Shown piece after piece: positions 49,268-59,795 of a DNA stretch of 64,000 bases. Below the pieces are notes generated by a model, which was not told the DNA's origin, made no database searches, and saw only the letters and a program-made list of their open reading frames with translations. A program made the translations under genes and the position numbers. The DNA is from a virus (Duplodnaviria > Caudoviricetes): the IMG/VR virus record IMGVR_UViG_3300028591_000073, positions 64,001 to 128,000 of that record. One strand, written 5' to 3'. Each line of letters opens with the position of its first letter. Positions within the stretch are counted from its first letter, which is position 1.

Positions 49268-49798
49268 ATGGCAACAATAGCTGAAGGTTTGATTCACTTT
49301 GGTTCAACACCGTACGTATTTCCCGATAATATTGACAATCGTATTCCCATGCTCTGTCGTATTAAAGGGATTGATGTATTTGAGGTTCCCGACCTATTCA
49401 AAGTTAATCCAACCAGACATATTGCATTTCTGATGTTTCTCCGGGAACGACTAAATGGTGCTGGAATGTTTGGCGAAGACCCTGGAACACTCATGATTCA
49501 AAGCTTCCATTTCAACGGTAGACCCATCGAAGAATTAGAATTTGCTATCTGGCATGAGTTCGGGCATCTTATGAATGATGACCACGATAGTGAATCTGAC
49601 GCAGACGACTTCGCAATTAAACAGCTGGCGCAAGTCTACGGCGAAGTAAAGGCGGATGTGACATATCGAAACTGGTTATTCAACGAATACCATGTCGATA
49701 CCGCCACCGACAGTCATGATGAGATGAAAGATAAAGACAAACCGAAATACGGATTCCGGTTAGACAGAATCAGATCTTATCTTGTAAACAATCACTAA
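49268..49798 (+). CDS. HExxH metallopeptidase-like protein (ImmA/IrrE-like)
   Basis: FAIWHEFGHL...ESDADDFA. Confidence 0.7.
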   Translation: MATIAEGLIHFGSTPYVFPDNIDNRIPMLCRIKGIDVFEVPDLFKVNPTRHIAFLMFLRERLNGAGMFGEDPGTLMIQSFHFNGRPIEELEFAIWHEFGHLMNDDHDSESDADDFAIKQLAQVYGEVKADVTYRNWLFNEYHVDTATDSHDEMKDKDKPKYGFRLDRIRSYLVNNH

Positions 49799-49805
49799 CC
49801 AAATG

Positions 49806-49843
49806 AAAAAAAGACATCGTTCCACTCCGATGTCTTTTTCTTG
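49806..49843 (+). terminator. Rho-independent terminator with TTCCACTC loop
   Basis: AAAAAGACATCG-TTCCACTC-CGATGTCTTTTT. Confidence 0.75.
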
Positions 49844-49861
49844 TATTAAGGAGGTATTTTT

Positions 49862-50290
49862 ATGGAAGTTTTCCCAAACAAAGAACGAACTCAATTTGTC
49901 ACACTTGCTGTTAATCAAATCATAAACGCATTTTTGTTCGAAAAAAGAGATGAAGAACAACCTGATGAGGCAACAATCTACTTCGCTCAAGAATATCGAG
50001 AAAATGTTGATATAATTTTTGAATTGGATATGATCAAAGGGTATATCTTCAAGATTCATTATAATGATTCATCGATAGATGCGACGTATGTCGAAAACGG
50101 AGAAGAACAGAAAACAATTCACCTTAAATTGGAATCCACTCTCAGTCATAGTTTCAACGATATAGAATGTAGATTGTTATGTTTCTTTCATGGTCACGTT
50201 GGTCATTTCTTAAAGGGTGATGGTACAAAGTACGAAGGTTACATCTATCCAGAACAAGAAGAATTTGTCAAAGCATTTTCAAAAGAATAA
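49862..50290 (+). CDS. Hypothetical protein
   Basis: AAGGAGGT RBS. Confidence 0.65.
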   Translation: MEVFPNKERTQFVTLAVNQIINAFLFEKRDEEQPDEATIYFAQEYRENVDIIFELDMIKGYIFKIHYNDSSIDATYVENGEEQKTIHLKLESTLSHSFNDIECRLLCFFHGHVGHFLKGDGTKYEGYIYPEQEEFVKAFSKE

Positions 50291-50327
50291 TATGATGGGC
50301 CCCCATAATGGGGGCTCATCATATTGC

Positions 50328-53087
50328 TTACTTGATTTCAGCGGAGAATGAACCCAATGATTTTTGCATAAATCGAACAATCGAGAATGTCGATGTATTT
50401 CCAGATGCATTTGTAAAGGAAATATTTCCACAATCTTCCAAATCCGTATTAAAGCCATTGACCCATGCGCTATTCTTCTTTATGGATTGTGGCATTGCAA
50501 AGTATGCATATTCACCAGAACCAGCGTTGAATGAATAACTACCATTTGCAGAGGATGCTAACTTAGAATTGGACAATGCCAGAATCCATGCGGATGTATA
50601 ACCACCTGTGGGTTCTATCGCACTTCCCCAATATACTTTATGCAAGAACGAAATGGTTTTAGATGCAGTTGCACTCTTTTGTCCATCGGAAACCGCTAAG
50701 GTGAATGTCTTATTAGCAGAGATATCCGTTGTATAAGAAGCAGTACGAACCGTTTCATCTGCCAATATACACCCAGTCAATGTCTGAGATGTGATATCCT
50801 TGTTTACCGTCCATGCGAATGTGACACCATTTACAACCGTACCAATCTCATACTGCGTTGTTGCAGGTGTCATGGTGAACGAAGTAATGGACGGATCTAC
50901 ATAATACAATTTCTCCAAGATACCATCCAATGCCAATTTGACATTGGTAAAGTCTGTAAATGAAGCATTGTCATATGAGATATTCTCTGCAGAATTACCC
51001 AATGCAGATGGATTCAATAATGTGACATTACCATCATTATCCGTGCCAAGAATCTTATTGGCATTGATAACACCTTGGGCTTTATCTACCTTTGTATCTA
51101 AAGCATCTGTTACAGTTGTTTGATAATCATTAAAGTCGGATATGTCCACCTTCAAAGCTAACGCATCATCCACTTGTGTCTTTGTGTAGGTAGTAGATTT
51201 ATCTGCCTTGTCATTGGTCAATGTTTGAATGAAACTATCCACTTCTGTCTTCGTGTATGTGGTTGCAGCATCAGCTTTATCGTCTAATAAAGCATCTGTT
51301 TGAGTTTTGGTATACACATTATCCGTACCAGCTTTTGCATCTAACAAAGTATCAACTTCTGTTTTAGTATATGTGGTTGACTTGTCAGCTTTATCATCTA
51401 ATAAAGTATTGACTTCAGTTTTGGTATAAGTTGTTGTAACATCAGCTTTATCGTCCAACAAGTCATCTACTTCGGTTTTGGTATACGTTGTTGACTTATC
51501 AGCCTTATCATTCAACAAAGTATCCGTTTCCGTTTTGGTATACACATTATCCGTACCAGCTTTGGTATCGAGCAAATTATCCACTTCTGTTTTGGTATAT
51601 ACATCAGTGGAGTTTGCTTTTTTGGCAATCTCAGTATCTTGTTCAGCTTGACCTTGTGTATATGTGGTGGTGGCCACCTTATCATCCAACTTGTCATCAA
51701 TGATGGTTTCCAAAGCTTTTAATGCTTGCATATCAGCGACTTTCAATGCAGCATTACCCGTCTCATCACCGACATAAGTGTGAGCCACATCCACATTTCG
51801 ATTCAAGTAAACATCAAAATCAATTCCGCCAGCAGATTCAATGGTCAATAAGGTATTTGCAATTACGATAGATTGCATCAGATGTCCTGATTCAGAATCG
51901 ACATAGTAGTACCAGATCTCATCTTCTTCATCGGTATACTCCGTACCGTCTTTGGTATATGTGACTGTGCCATCTTGATTGAGTGTTGGCTCCTCGTCAA
52001 CAACTTTGGCTGTCGATTGACCTAATATTTCCAATGTATGTTCAATCTCGGCAATCTTTGTGTCATATTCTGTTTGTGCAACCTTTGTATCTACCTTAGC
52101 ATCAACGGTAGTAATGTTATCGGCAATATCGGAGAATTTTAATGTAACAACTTTATTCTGAACAGCATTCTCTGATGTATTGGATAATGCATCATCAATC
52201 GTTGGTGTATCGGTTAGATCCGTATAAGAACCAGTTGTGGCAACCGTTGCCAAATCTGCAGAATCAATCTTATCATCCAATAAATCATCCACTTCGGTTT
52301 TGGTATATGTGGTGGATTTATCAGCTTTATTATTCAACAAAGCATCATCTTGTGCTTTGGTATAAGAATCACCAACATTGGCTTTTCCATTCAATAACGT
52401 ATCAACTTCTGTCTTGGTATAAGTGGTTGACTTATCTGCTTTATTATCCAATAACGTATTGACTTCTGTCTTGGTATAAGTGGTTGACTTATCTGCTTTA
52501 TTATTTAACAAAGTATCTGTTTGGGTTTTGGTGTAGACATCAGATTTATCGGCTTTTAATGCCAATAAGGTATCTGTTTGGGTGATGGTGTAAACAGATG
52601 TTTTATCTGCTTTTAAATCCAAAGCATCATCAATCTCTTGTTTGGTATATGTGGATGTCTTATCCATCTTCAAATTCAACAAAGCATCATCTTCTGCTTT
52701 GGTATAAGAATCTCCCACATCTGCTTTGCTATCAAGTAGATCATTGACTTCAGCTTGTGTATATGTTTCTATCTTAGCATAAACATCATCCACATTTGCT
52801 TTTGCATCTAATAATGCATTGGTTTGTGTCTTGTTATAATAATTCAATAAGTCTGCGGAAGAACCACTACCACTGAGTGGACGCCATTTACCAGTGGTAT
52901 CATCCACATCATTGGCAACATTATACAGATATACACCACCATCTTCTTCATTGGTTGCAATGTATAATGGTGGAAGATAATTCTCAGAGAAAGATTTCAT
53001 TGCATCAAGTGTGACAAATCCTTGACGGGAGAAGTCGTAGTTTTTACCACGATAATCCCATCCATTTAAAATAGAAATTCCAGGCAT
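50328..53087 (-). CDS. Fibrous virion protein with ~19-aa YTKTEVDxLLxxKAD repeats
   Basis: About 18-19 repeat units in two blocks; C-terminal domain paralogous to 53103..54260. Confidence 0.75.
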   Translation of the reverse strand: MPGISILNGWDYRGKNYDFSRQGFVTLDAMKSFSENYLPPLYIATNEEDGGVYLYNVANDVDDTTGKWRPLSGSGSSADLLNYYNKTQTNALLDAKANVDDVYAKIETYTQAEVNDLLDSKADVGDSYTKAEDDALLNLKMDKTSTYTKQEIDDALDLKADKTSVYTITQTDTLLALKADKSDVYTKTQTDTLLNNKADKSTTYTKTEVNTLLDNKADKSTTYTKTEVDTLLNGKANVGDSYTKAQDDALLNNKADKSTTYTKTEVDDLLDDKIDSADLATVATTGSYTDLTDTPTIDDALSNTSENAVQNKVVTLKFSDIADNITTVDAKVDTKVAQTEYDTKIAEIEHTLEILGQSTAKVVDEEPTLNQDGTVTYTKDGTEYTDEEDEIWYYYVDSESGHLMQSIVIANTLLTIESAGGIDFDVYLNRNVDVAHTYVGDETGNAALKVADMQALKALETIIDDKLDDKVATTTYTQGQAEQDTEIAKKANSTDVYTKTEVDNLLDTKAGTDNVYTKTETDTLLNDKADKSTTYTKTEVDDLLDDKADVTTTYTKTEVNTLLDDKADKSTTYTKTEVDTLLDAKAGTDNVYTKTQTDALLDDKADAATTYTKTEVDSFIQTLTNDKADKSTTYTKTQVDDALALKVDISDFNDYQTTVTDALDTKVDKAQGVINANKILGTDNDGNVTLLNPSALGNSAENISYDNASFTDFTNVKLALDGILEKLYYVDPSITSFTMTPATTQYEIGTVVNGVTFAWTVNKDITSQTLTGCILADETVRTASYTTDISANKTFTLAVSDGQKSATASKTISFLHKVYWGSAIEPTGGYTSAWILALSNSKLASSANGSYSFNAGSGEYAYFAMPQSIKKNSAWVNGFNTDLEDCGNISFTNASGNTSTFSIVRFMQKSLGSFSAEIK
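51150..51610 (-). repeat. 57-bp coding tandem repeat, block 2 (~8 units)
   Basis: YTKTEVDDLLDDKADVTTT-type units; boundaries approximate. Confidence 0.85.
52270..52840 (-). repeat. 57-bp coding tandem repeat, block 1 (~10 units)
   Basis: YTKTEVNTLLDNKADKSTT-type units; boundaries approximate. Confidence 0.85.
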
Positions 53088-53102
53088 GTTTCTTCACCTC
53101 CA

Positions 53103-54260
53103 TTATGTGAAATCAATCTTGATATTATCTGCCGCAGATGGATCAATCTGAGTATATACATAATAATCAATATTGTCAATCTTTAATTCTGTACGAGCAA
53201 ATGTTGTTGTGTAATTGATGTTATTCACATTATCCATGATCTTTGTTAAAGCACCGAGCGACTTTGGATATGCATAAACGACTTTACCATAGTCCATTGT
53301 AATTCCAGAATAAGAATATGCTTTGGAATTCTTCAATGTCACATTCAATGCTTTTACTTGAGATTCTGTTGGTTGTGAAATATCACTTCCAACTGTACCG
53401 TAGTAAGAACGTCCGATGAATACGACATTAATACTCGATGTTGTTGTAGATTGTGAATCAGATGCTGATGCGGAAAACTTAATGGATTCTTTGATTGGTA
53501 TAGTGGGTTTGTAAACATATGTGAATGTACCACCGCTTTTCACATTTGTCGTAATTGTTTGTACAACCGTGTCATTGACATAGAATTTCACATTGACAAT
53601 GTCTTCTGTATTCTTCTTCACAACTGCTGTTAATGTGACTTGTGCAACAGAAGATGTGACTGCATCATATAATGTGGAAGATGGTGTAATTGCCAATGTG
53701 CATCCAGGCTTTGTATATTTGATAAGAATGTCACGAATAATCGTTTCCAAATCAGTACCTTTTGCATATGTCTTACCGGGTGTGATCACACCAATCGTCT
53801 CAGATGCCACAAGTTCTTTAGACAATGTGGAACTACCACCACTATCTTCCAACAATGTATCAATCTCTGTTTTATTATAAAACATATTATTGATTTCCGT
53901 TTTGGAATATACGGATGATAGATTTGCTTTTGTTTCATTTACTGTGGTAATCTTTGCATTAACTTGAGCAATCTTGGTATCAATCTGCGCTCTGGTATAA
54001 GTGTCAGATGTGGAACCACCACCGCCTCCACCACCAGGATTTGGATCATAGTCAGGGAAATAATTGGATAAGTTGTTCAGATTAATGATTGTTTGGGTTG
54101 CAGAATCATAAATCCACACTTGTGGATAGATCGTTAATAATTCCAACACTTCATCCAATGTCGCATCATAATTTAATAATGGACCCATTTTGTTGATTGG
54201 TTTTGGAATCCATGCAAATCCGTCATCGGCATGGCGTGCATAAATATCAACTAATGCCAT
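53103..54260 (-). CDS. Virion protein with Ig-like region; C-terminal domain paralogous to the 919-aa protein
   Basis: YYGT..VKAL..VVYAYPKS matches YWGS..ILAL..AYFAMPQS; contains YSKTEI/YNKTEI repeats. Confidence 0.6.
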   Translation of the reverse strand: MALVDIYARHADDGFAWIPKPINKMGPLLNYDATLDEVLELLTIYPQVWIYDSATQTIINLNNLSNYFPDYDPNPGGGGGGGSTSDTYTRAQIDTKIAQVNAKITTVNETKANLSSVYSKTEINNMFYNKTEIDTLLEDSGGSSTLSKELVASETIGVITPGKTYAKGTDLETIIRDILIKYTKPGCTLAITPSSTLYDAVTSSVAQVTLTAVVKKNTEDIVNVKFYVNDTVVQTITTNVKSGGTFTYVYKPTIPIKESIKFSASASDSQSTTTSSINVVFIGRSYYGTVGSDISQPTESQVKALNVTLKNSKAYSYSGITMDYGKVVYAYPKSLGALTKIMDNVNNINYTTTFARTELKIDNIDYYVYTQIDPSAADNIKIDFT

Positions 54261-54274
54261 ATATGTTCACCTCT

Positions 54275-54688
54275 TTATTCTAATGCATCAGGTTGATACG
54301 GGGTATCTGCTGCAGAATAAATTGCAACAAGTGTATCTTCCGGAAGCACATTGATTTGTGATTGTGTGGGATTACCATTCAAGGTAACAATCTGAGATTC
54401 AAAGCCAACAAGTTTCAAATTACCATTTGCACAATCTTGTTCTACGGAAATGGATGTATAGGCATTCAATACACGATAAACGGTTTCTGTACCAACATCC
54501 ACCACAAGTGTGTTACGTACATAATTTTTACCGGATTCGTAATCTTCAATAACTGCATTACCACTACCGCCTCCACCACCGATAGATTCAATCTGTTGTA
54601 ATTTTTCGGAAATGGATTTTATCAATTCAGATTGTGTTTTAATAATCGCTTCTAATTGTTCAAATACAGAATCTCCTTGTACTGCCAT
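54275..54688 (-). CDS. Hypothetical virion protein
   Basis: AAGGAG RBS; module shared with the 613-aa protein. Confidence 0.6.
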   Translation of the reverse strand: MAVQGDSVFEQLEAIIKTQSELIKSISEKLQQIESIGGGGGSGNAVIEDYESGKNYVRNTLVVDVGTETVYRVLNAYTSISVEQDCANGNLKLVGFESQIVTLNGNPTQSQINVLPEDTLVAIYSAADTPYQPDALE

Positions 54689-54701
54689 AATTATCAACTC
54701 C

Positions 54702-54911
54702 TTATTCTTGTTGATCTATCCAATACTGCAGTCTTGTATCAATATTGGATAGATACGTATTTGTGGATGATAAATATTCCAATGTCGTTTCCAAATTTGC
54801 TTGTAAACGTTCCAAAACATATCCCCACGAAATCAATTTTACTTGATCATCATCTGGGAGATTGAATGTCACGGGACGATTTGCATTCGATGGATTAAAT
54901 TCAGTTGCCAT
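54702..54911 (-). CDS. Small hypothetical virion protein
   Basis: Start reassigned to MATEFN. Confidence 0.55.
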   Translation of the reverse strand: MATEFNPSNANRPVTFNLPDDDQVKLISWGYVLERLQANLETTLEYLSSTNTYLSNIDTRLQYWIDQQE

Positions 54912-54974
54912 ATGATCAACTTCTTTCATGAAAAGATTAAAGTGTGCGGGGGATATCCCCCGCACCATATTATG

Positions 54975-56816
54975 TTACGGATTTGGATTTTCTAAAGCTT
55001 CCACTCTTGCTTCCAATGCTGTTACATCAGATGCATCTGCTTTGCTTTCAAGTGTTGTATTGATAGTTGTAATCTCTCCCACAATACCAGTTGTTCCAGT
55101 ATCTGTATCACCATTGATTGTTGTATCAAGTGTACCAACCTGAGTATTCAGTGATTCAACAGTGGTATTGAGTGAACCAACTGTCGATATTAGTACGTCA
55201 ACAGCAGCAGATGTTGCATTCGCAGTTTCCAATGCGGAAGATGCATTTGTTGTTGCTGTTGTTATATCTGTCTGAAGTGTTTCAATATCGGATTGTGCTG
55301 TTTCCATATCTGCCTTCAGATCAGAAATATCTGTAGTATGTGTTGTTGTCAATGCAATCAACTCATCAATTGCATTTGTATTGTTCTGGATACGATTTTC
55401 AACAGACATTGTTTCTACATCGCCATCTACAGCCAGAGGTACGAGATAACCCATGGAGATGTCAGTTGTCAAGTTACCACTTGCGATGAAGCCCTTGGTT
55501 ACTTGATATAATTGACCCCACTTATTCCATGTAAGTTGACCCTTAACAAATTCGACATCCTTTGCATAAGACAATGTTGCCAACGGAATTGCTTCCAATC
55601 TGGAGACACGTGTTTCGAGAGATGTGAGACGGAGGTCCAATTCAGTATTATCAGACTGCACGGTTGCTTTCAATTCTGCAATATCATTTGCATTTTTCTC
55701 GATATTGAGGATATTGGTATTGACAACAGTTCTGAGTTCATTGATTGCATCTTTCATTTGGAGAATGTCAGCTTGAATTGTGGTAATTGTTTCTTGCATT
55801 GCATTCACTGTGGATTTCAATTCAGCAACCACATTCTCAGTTGGTTCATACATGGCATTGTATACTGGAGCTGTGTTGGGAACCGCAATCAAATCGGACA
55901 TAAATGCAGTAAAGTTTAGCTTCAGTCTGGTTGTCAGATTTGCTTGGAATGGAATGGATTGCTCAATCGGTGTGGATGCAATCAATACAGACTGATCAGC
56001 CAATGTATTTCCAATGGTATCATGTTGCAATACAATCTTTTCATTATTATCCGTGAATGCATAATATGGATTAGCATCGACGATATGATCGTAAGTATTG
56101 ATACATGTACCATATACTTCCAGTTTATCCAGATGCAATCTGTAGATACCAGAATAATCCATTGCTGGAATATTTGTCATAAAGATAGACTTCATAGATT
56201 CTACATAGAAATCACGGATATCGGTAAAGTGGAAACATAAGTCAGGTGTGGTTGCTGTTGCAGTATTCGTATATACAACGGCATTCTGCTCATCATACAC
56301 GGAGAAGTATAATCTGAACAATAGTGGAGCTTGGATAATGTTGAAGTAATTATGCATTTCTTCTGCTTTCTGAGAAATGCATTTACACAAATAATCCGAC
56401 ATGATGGTATTCTTCTTGATTCCCTTGGTAAGATCAAATGTGCCAAAGAGATCAATACAAGAAGGATCTGTTCTTCGAGATATTCTTGTCACAACAGATT
56501 CTGCCATATTAAGCAAATTACCATACTTCACATGTGTGTTATCATACAGATATGGATTGTAATTCAGTAACATGAATGCAGAACCATGCATTGGTCCATT
56601 GACTGGGAATTCTTGTGGAAATGGAAATCCCTTCATTTCATGATAACAATGATGTCCATATGTGTCTTGCACACAAGGATCAATATATGGATACGGGGGA
56701 GGTGGAAGGGGTTTGATTCCCGTACAATAATTTGTCATAGGATCTGGTCTATGATCATATGGAGGTCCCATCGGAGGATAAGGCTCTCTGTAAAATAGAT
56801 CTCGATAAGTTGCCAT
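54975..56816 (-). CDS. Virion protein with Pro/Tyr-rich N-terminus and coiled-coil stalk
   Basis: PYPPMGPP..PLPPPPYPY followed by heptad-rich segments. Confidence 0.6.
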   Translation of the reverse strand: MATYRDLFYREPYPPMGPPYDHRPDPMTNYCTGIKPLPPPPYPYIDPCVQDTYGHHCYHEMKGFPFPQEFPVNGPMHGSAFMLLNYNPYLYDNTHVKYGNLLNMAESVVTRISRRTDPSCIDLFGTFDLTKGIKKNTIMSDYLCKCISQKAEEMHNYFNIIQAPLLFRLYFSVYDEQNAVVYTNTATATTPDLCFHFTDIRDFYVESMKSIFMTNIPAMDYSGIYRLHLDKLEVYGTCINTYDHIVDANPYYAFTDNNEKIVLQHDTIGNTLADQSVLIASTPIEQSIPFQANLTTRLKLNFTAFMSDLIAVPNTAPVYNAMYEPTENVVAELKSTVNAMQETITTIQADILQMKDAINELRTVVNTNILNIEKNANDIAELKATVQSDNTELDLRLTSLETRVSRLEAIPLATLSYAKDVEFVKGQLTWNKWGQLYQVTKGFIASGNLTTDISMGYLVPLAVDGDVETMSVENRIQNNTNAIDELIALTTTHTTDISDLKADMETAQSDIETLQTDITTATTNASSALETANATSAAVDVLISTVGSLNTTVESLNTQVGTLDTTINGDTDTGTTGIVGEITTINTTLESKADASDVTALEARVEALENPNP

Positions 56817-56848
56817 AACTCATTCTTCCTTTCTTATTTTATTATGAA

Positions 56849-58498
56849 TTATCTATAACGCTCACCCCAGCCATAGTCAACAATGACTGGACCGTTACGT
56901 TTTTCATCATATGCAACATTTGCAGAATGTAAATCTGTGATTGTGATTCTGACATTCTTATGATGTCTACTATTATATCTATCGAGTGCTCGTTCAAATC
57001 TTTCTCTGAGTTCAGATGCACTAACAGAAACTGCCGATGATGAAGATGAAGAAGATGACGATGATGGAACCCTTGCTGGTCGGATTCGTTCCATCTTCAA
57101 TAAAGTATACTCCTCATAAGAATCCAACACCTTTGGTATGATTTTAATGTCATCGGGATCACCGGTATTACTGAGCATCTTTGTGATATCAGCTTCTGTT
57201 TTATTTGAAGTAATACCCCATCCGGATAATGCAATTTTATAAATAATATTTTGGTCGCGTAGAGGGAAGAATACACCTCTGGATTGTCCCCATACCGGGG
57301 CATAATCGTTCAAACCACCATGCAAATCATCATCTGATACAAGCCATACATTATACATGACAAATTTATATGGTATACCAGAATCAATACATGCCTTTGT
57401 GAACTTCGCCAACAAACGTGGATCTTGAATCGTTTTCCAATATCTCGGATTCAAACATTGTTGTTGTACAATCTGATTTGTGACAGTGTTCAAACTCATT
57501 TGGAGAACTGCTAAATCATCACCGATATCTGTTAAATCACGGACGATATCTGTATTCTTACTGAAATCGATATCTGTATCGAATACCTTCAAGAATTGTT
57601 CATGCAGTCTTGCAAATCTTTTTTGGAATTCTTTGATTTCATTAATTGAAGTTTTGAATTCCTTTGAATCTGGATTTGATATCCGGGAAGTACCGCCTTT
57701 ACAGATACTATGAAGTGAATCCATTGCCTTTCTAAACTGATAACTGGAATTGCCGGACAGCTTACGACTTCCACTGTACATATTTAGAGAATTTACAACT
57801 TGTTCAAGATACTTAAAGAATTGATCCTGGTCTTGTCGATTACAGATCAACTTCAAAGACACAACTGCACTTTGTACAGAATTTGCTTTCTTTGGTTCTC
57901 GATCTATGATCTTTCTATCTTCATCTGAAACATTTTGAAATATTGGAGAACCCCATGTATCTTTACCTTCTCTCCGGAAGATGATCTGATTATCCCCTTG
58001 GAAGATCACCTCGATATCAGATTGAGGAATGTTAAGTGGTGGAACTTTCACCGTGGATCTCTTGTTCGTTGGAAGCTTGATCGTGAATGTACGAACACCA
58101 CTTTTCACACTTGTGCTAATATTTGGATTGTTTGTGACTTTAGGAGCAGCAGTTGGTTTCACTGTTCCGACAATTTGTGATGCAATTGTATTTGGTGTTT
58201 TCTTTCCTTTGTTCTTAGAAAAAAGAGAAACAATTGCATTTACCATTTTTGAAATCGCACGGTTGATTGCTTCGAATACTTTCTTTAAAAATGAGATGAT
58301 CTTATTACCAAACGATTCTTTTGGAGCTGTAGCAGCTGCTTCTTGTATCGTTAATTCTGGATCTGTTGCATATTCCATCATCATGTATTCTTTTTCAAAC
58401 AATGCATTCATCGTGTCAAACATTTCCATTTGATATTCATATGATGTATCGTTTATTTGATCAATCTCGTATAATATCTTTTCTATCACAAATATCAC
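56849..58498 (-). CDS. Protein-kinase-like protein with head-protein-like N-terminal region
   Basis: WGQSRGVF (Gly loop), IYKIA, NKTEA, MERI, TDLHSANV (catalytic loop) and IVDYG (Mg-binding). Confidence 0.75.
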   Translation of the reverse strand: MIFVIEKILYEIDQINDTSYEYQMEMFDTMNALFEKEYMMMEYATDPELTIQEAAATAPKESFGNKIISFLKKVFEAINRAISKMVNAIVSLFSKNKGKKTPNTIASQIVGTVKPTAAPKVTNNPNISTSVKSGVRTFTIKLPTNKRSTVKVPPLNIPQSDIEVIFQGDNQIIFRREGKDTWGSPIFQNVSDEDRKIIDREPKKANSVQSAVVSLKLICNRQDQDQFFKYLEQVVNSLNMYSGSRKLSGNSSYQFRKAMDSLHSICKGGTSRISNPDSKEFKTSINEIKEFQKRFARLHEQFLKVFDTDIDFSKNTDIVRDLTDIGDDLAVLQMSLNTVTNQIVQQQCLNPRYWKTIQDPRLLAKFTKACIDSGIPYKFVMYNVWLVSDDDLHGGLNDYAPVWGQSRGVFFPLRDQNIIYKIALSGWGITSNKTEADITKMLSNTGDPDDIKIIPKVLDSYEEYTLLKMERIRPARVPSSSSSSSSSSAVSVSASELRERFERALDRYNSRHHKNVRITITDLHSANVAYDEKRNGPVIVDYGWGERYR

Positions 58499-58505
58499 TC
58501 CTTTC

Positions 58506-59795
58506 TTATTCAGTTTGCATCTTTAATACTCGTTTGAGAATATAGATAATAATTGGTGTCCACAAGAATATCTCTTGTCGATAAGTGTTATCAAATAATT
58601 GATTTCCTGTGTAGGTGGATAATTTGCGAATGGATGTTAATTTACCATGTACGAAATCATGCAAAATAGAAACATAATCAAATCGTTTTAATTGATAAGA
58701 TTTATCAAAGCATGTTTCTCGTTTCAAACATTTTCGACACATGGTGATATCACATTGACGAATATCTTGTTCATTCTCCAATATCTCAATCACGCGATCA
58801 GGGAAATAGTTTTCACAATTTGGTGATTGACACCATGGGTCATTTGGAATCATGACATCCACATCAGTTCCATAGTTGTAGAATGTGGAATCCACATACG
58901 ATGTCCCCTTTATCGTATGAAATTTGAATGTGTCCAGATAAGACAATGGAGCATCTCGTTCAATCCATTTATATGGAGACTTTTGATATAGATCTTCCAA
59001 TCTTGGATCTCGACATTTATTTGGATTCAAAACAATATTACCGTTGGCATTATCTCGAATCATGACGGAATTTCTCGCCATGAAATAATTTCCACACATA
59101 TCAAACAAACATCGTCCATTCAAATGTAACAGATAACAATTGTTTTGTCGATCATAAAATCTGGCATTGTAATTTTCCACCATATCATCAATCATCTTGA
59201 TCAGTTTGGATCGTAATTCATAATCTTCGATCCCCAATACCGGTGTGAGGTCTTCACCACCAATTGTTTGCATATCGAATTGCAATGTTTTGGCAACCTG
59301 TTTCTCCAAAGCATCTATTTCAGTTGGATTTGTGGTGTATAAAGCATAGCTAATTTTGTATGACCCGTCGGTGTTTAAACCATCTTGCTGCACTTGTGTC
59401 ACTCTCATCAAATGATTCATGTGTAGATTATTGAGAATAAAGAAGTCATTCTCTTTTGGCATAATCGTTCCAGGAATAATGAAAGCTTCACCTTGGATTT
59501 CATAATTACGAACTTGGGTTTGTGAGGCTTGTCCTTCTTGTGGTTGCAATTGTGAGAATCCCAATAATACAAACTGTTTGATCTTGTTAAACCTTAATGG
59601 AGAATCCACACCAAGTATCTGATAATGTGTCTCCATACCCAATGATGTGGTGGTTTGTTGATCGTTAATATTGTAATATGTGACAAGTATTCTACCATCA
59701 CCAGTATACTGTGTTAATCTGGAATGTAAAAACATATCATATTTGTACATCTGGTTCTGTGTTAATGATTGTTGATCATAAATTAATTGTGACAT
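58506..59795 (-). CDS. Putative virion structural protein, 429 aa
   Basis: First gene of a late operon (candidate late promoter upstream); function inferred from context. Confidence 0.55.
   Translation of the reverse strand: MSQLIYDQQSLTQNQMYKYDMFLHSRLTQYTGDGRILVTYYNINDQQTTTSLGMETHYQILGVDSPLRFNKIKQFVLLGFSQLQPQEGQASQTQVRNYEIQGEAFIIPGTIMPKENDFFILNNLHMNHLMRVTQVQQDGLNTDGSYKISYALYTTNPTEIDALEKQVAKTLQFDMQTIGGEDLTPVLGIEDYELRSKLIKMIDDMVENYNARFYDRQNNCYLLHLNGRCLFDMCGNYFMARNSVMIRDNANGNIVLNPNKCRDPRLEDLYQKSPYKWIERDAPLSYLDTFKFHTIKGTSYVDSTFYNYGTDVDVMIPNDPWCQSPNCENYFPDRVIEILENEQDIRQCDITMCRKCLKRETCFDKSYQLKRFDYVSILHDFVHGKLTSIRKLSTYTGNQLFDNTYRQEIFLWTPIIIYILKRVLKMQTE

Noticed and set aside
51150-52840. CRISPR-like array
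   Set aside because: The repeats are in-frame 57-bp coding units with synonymous variation and no unique spacers.
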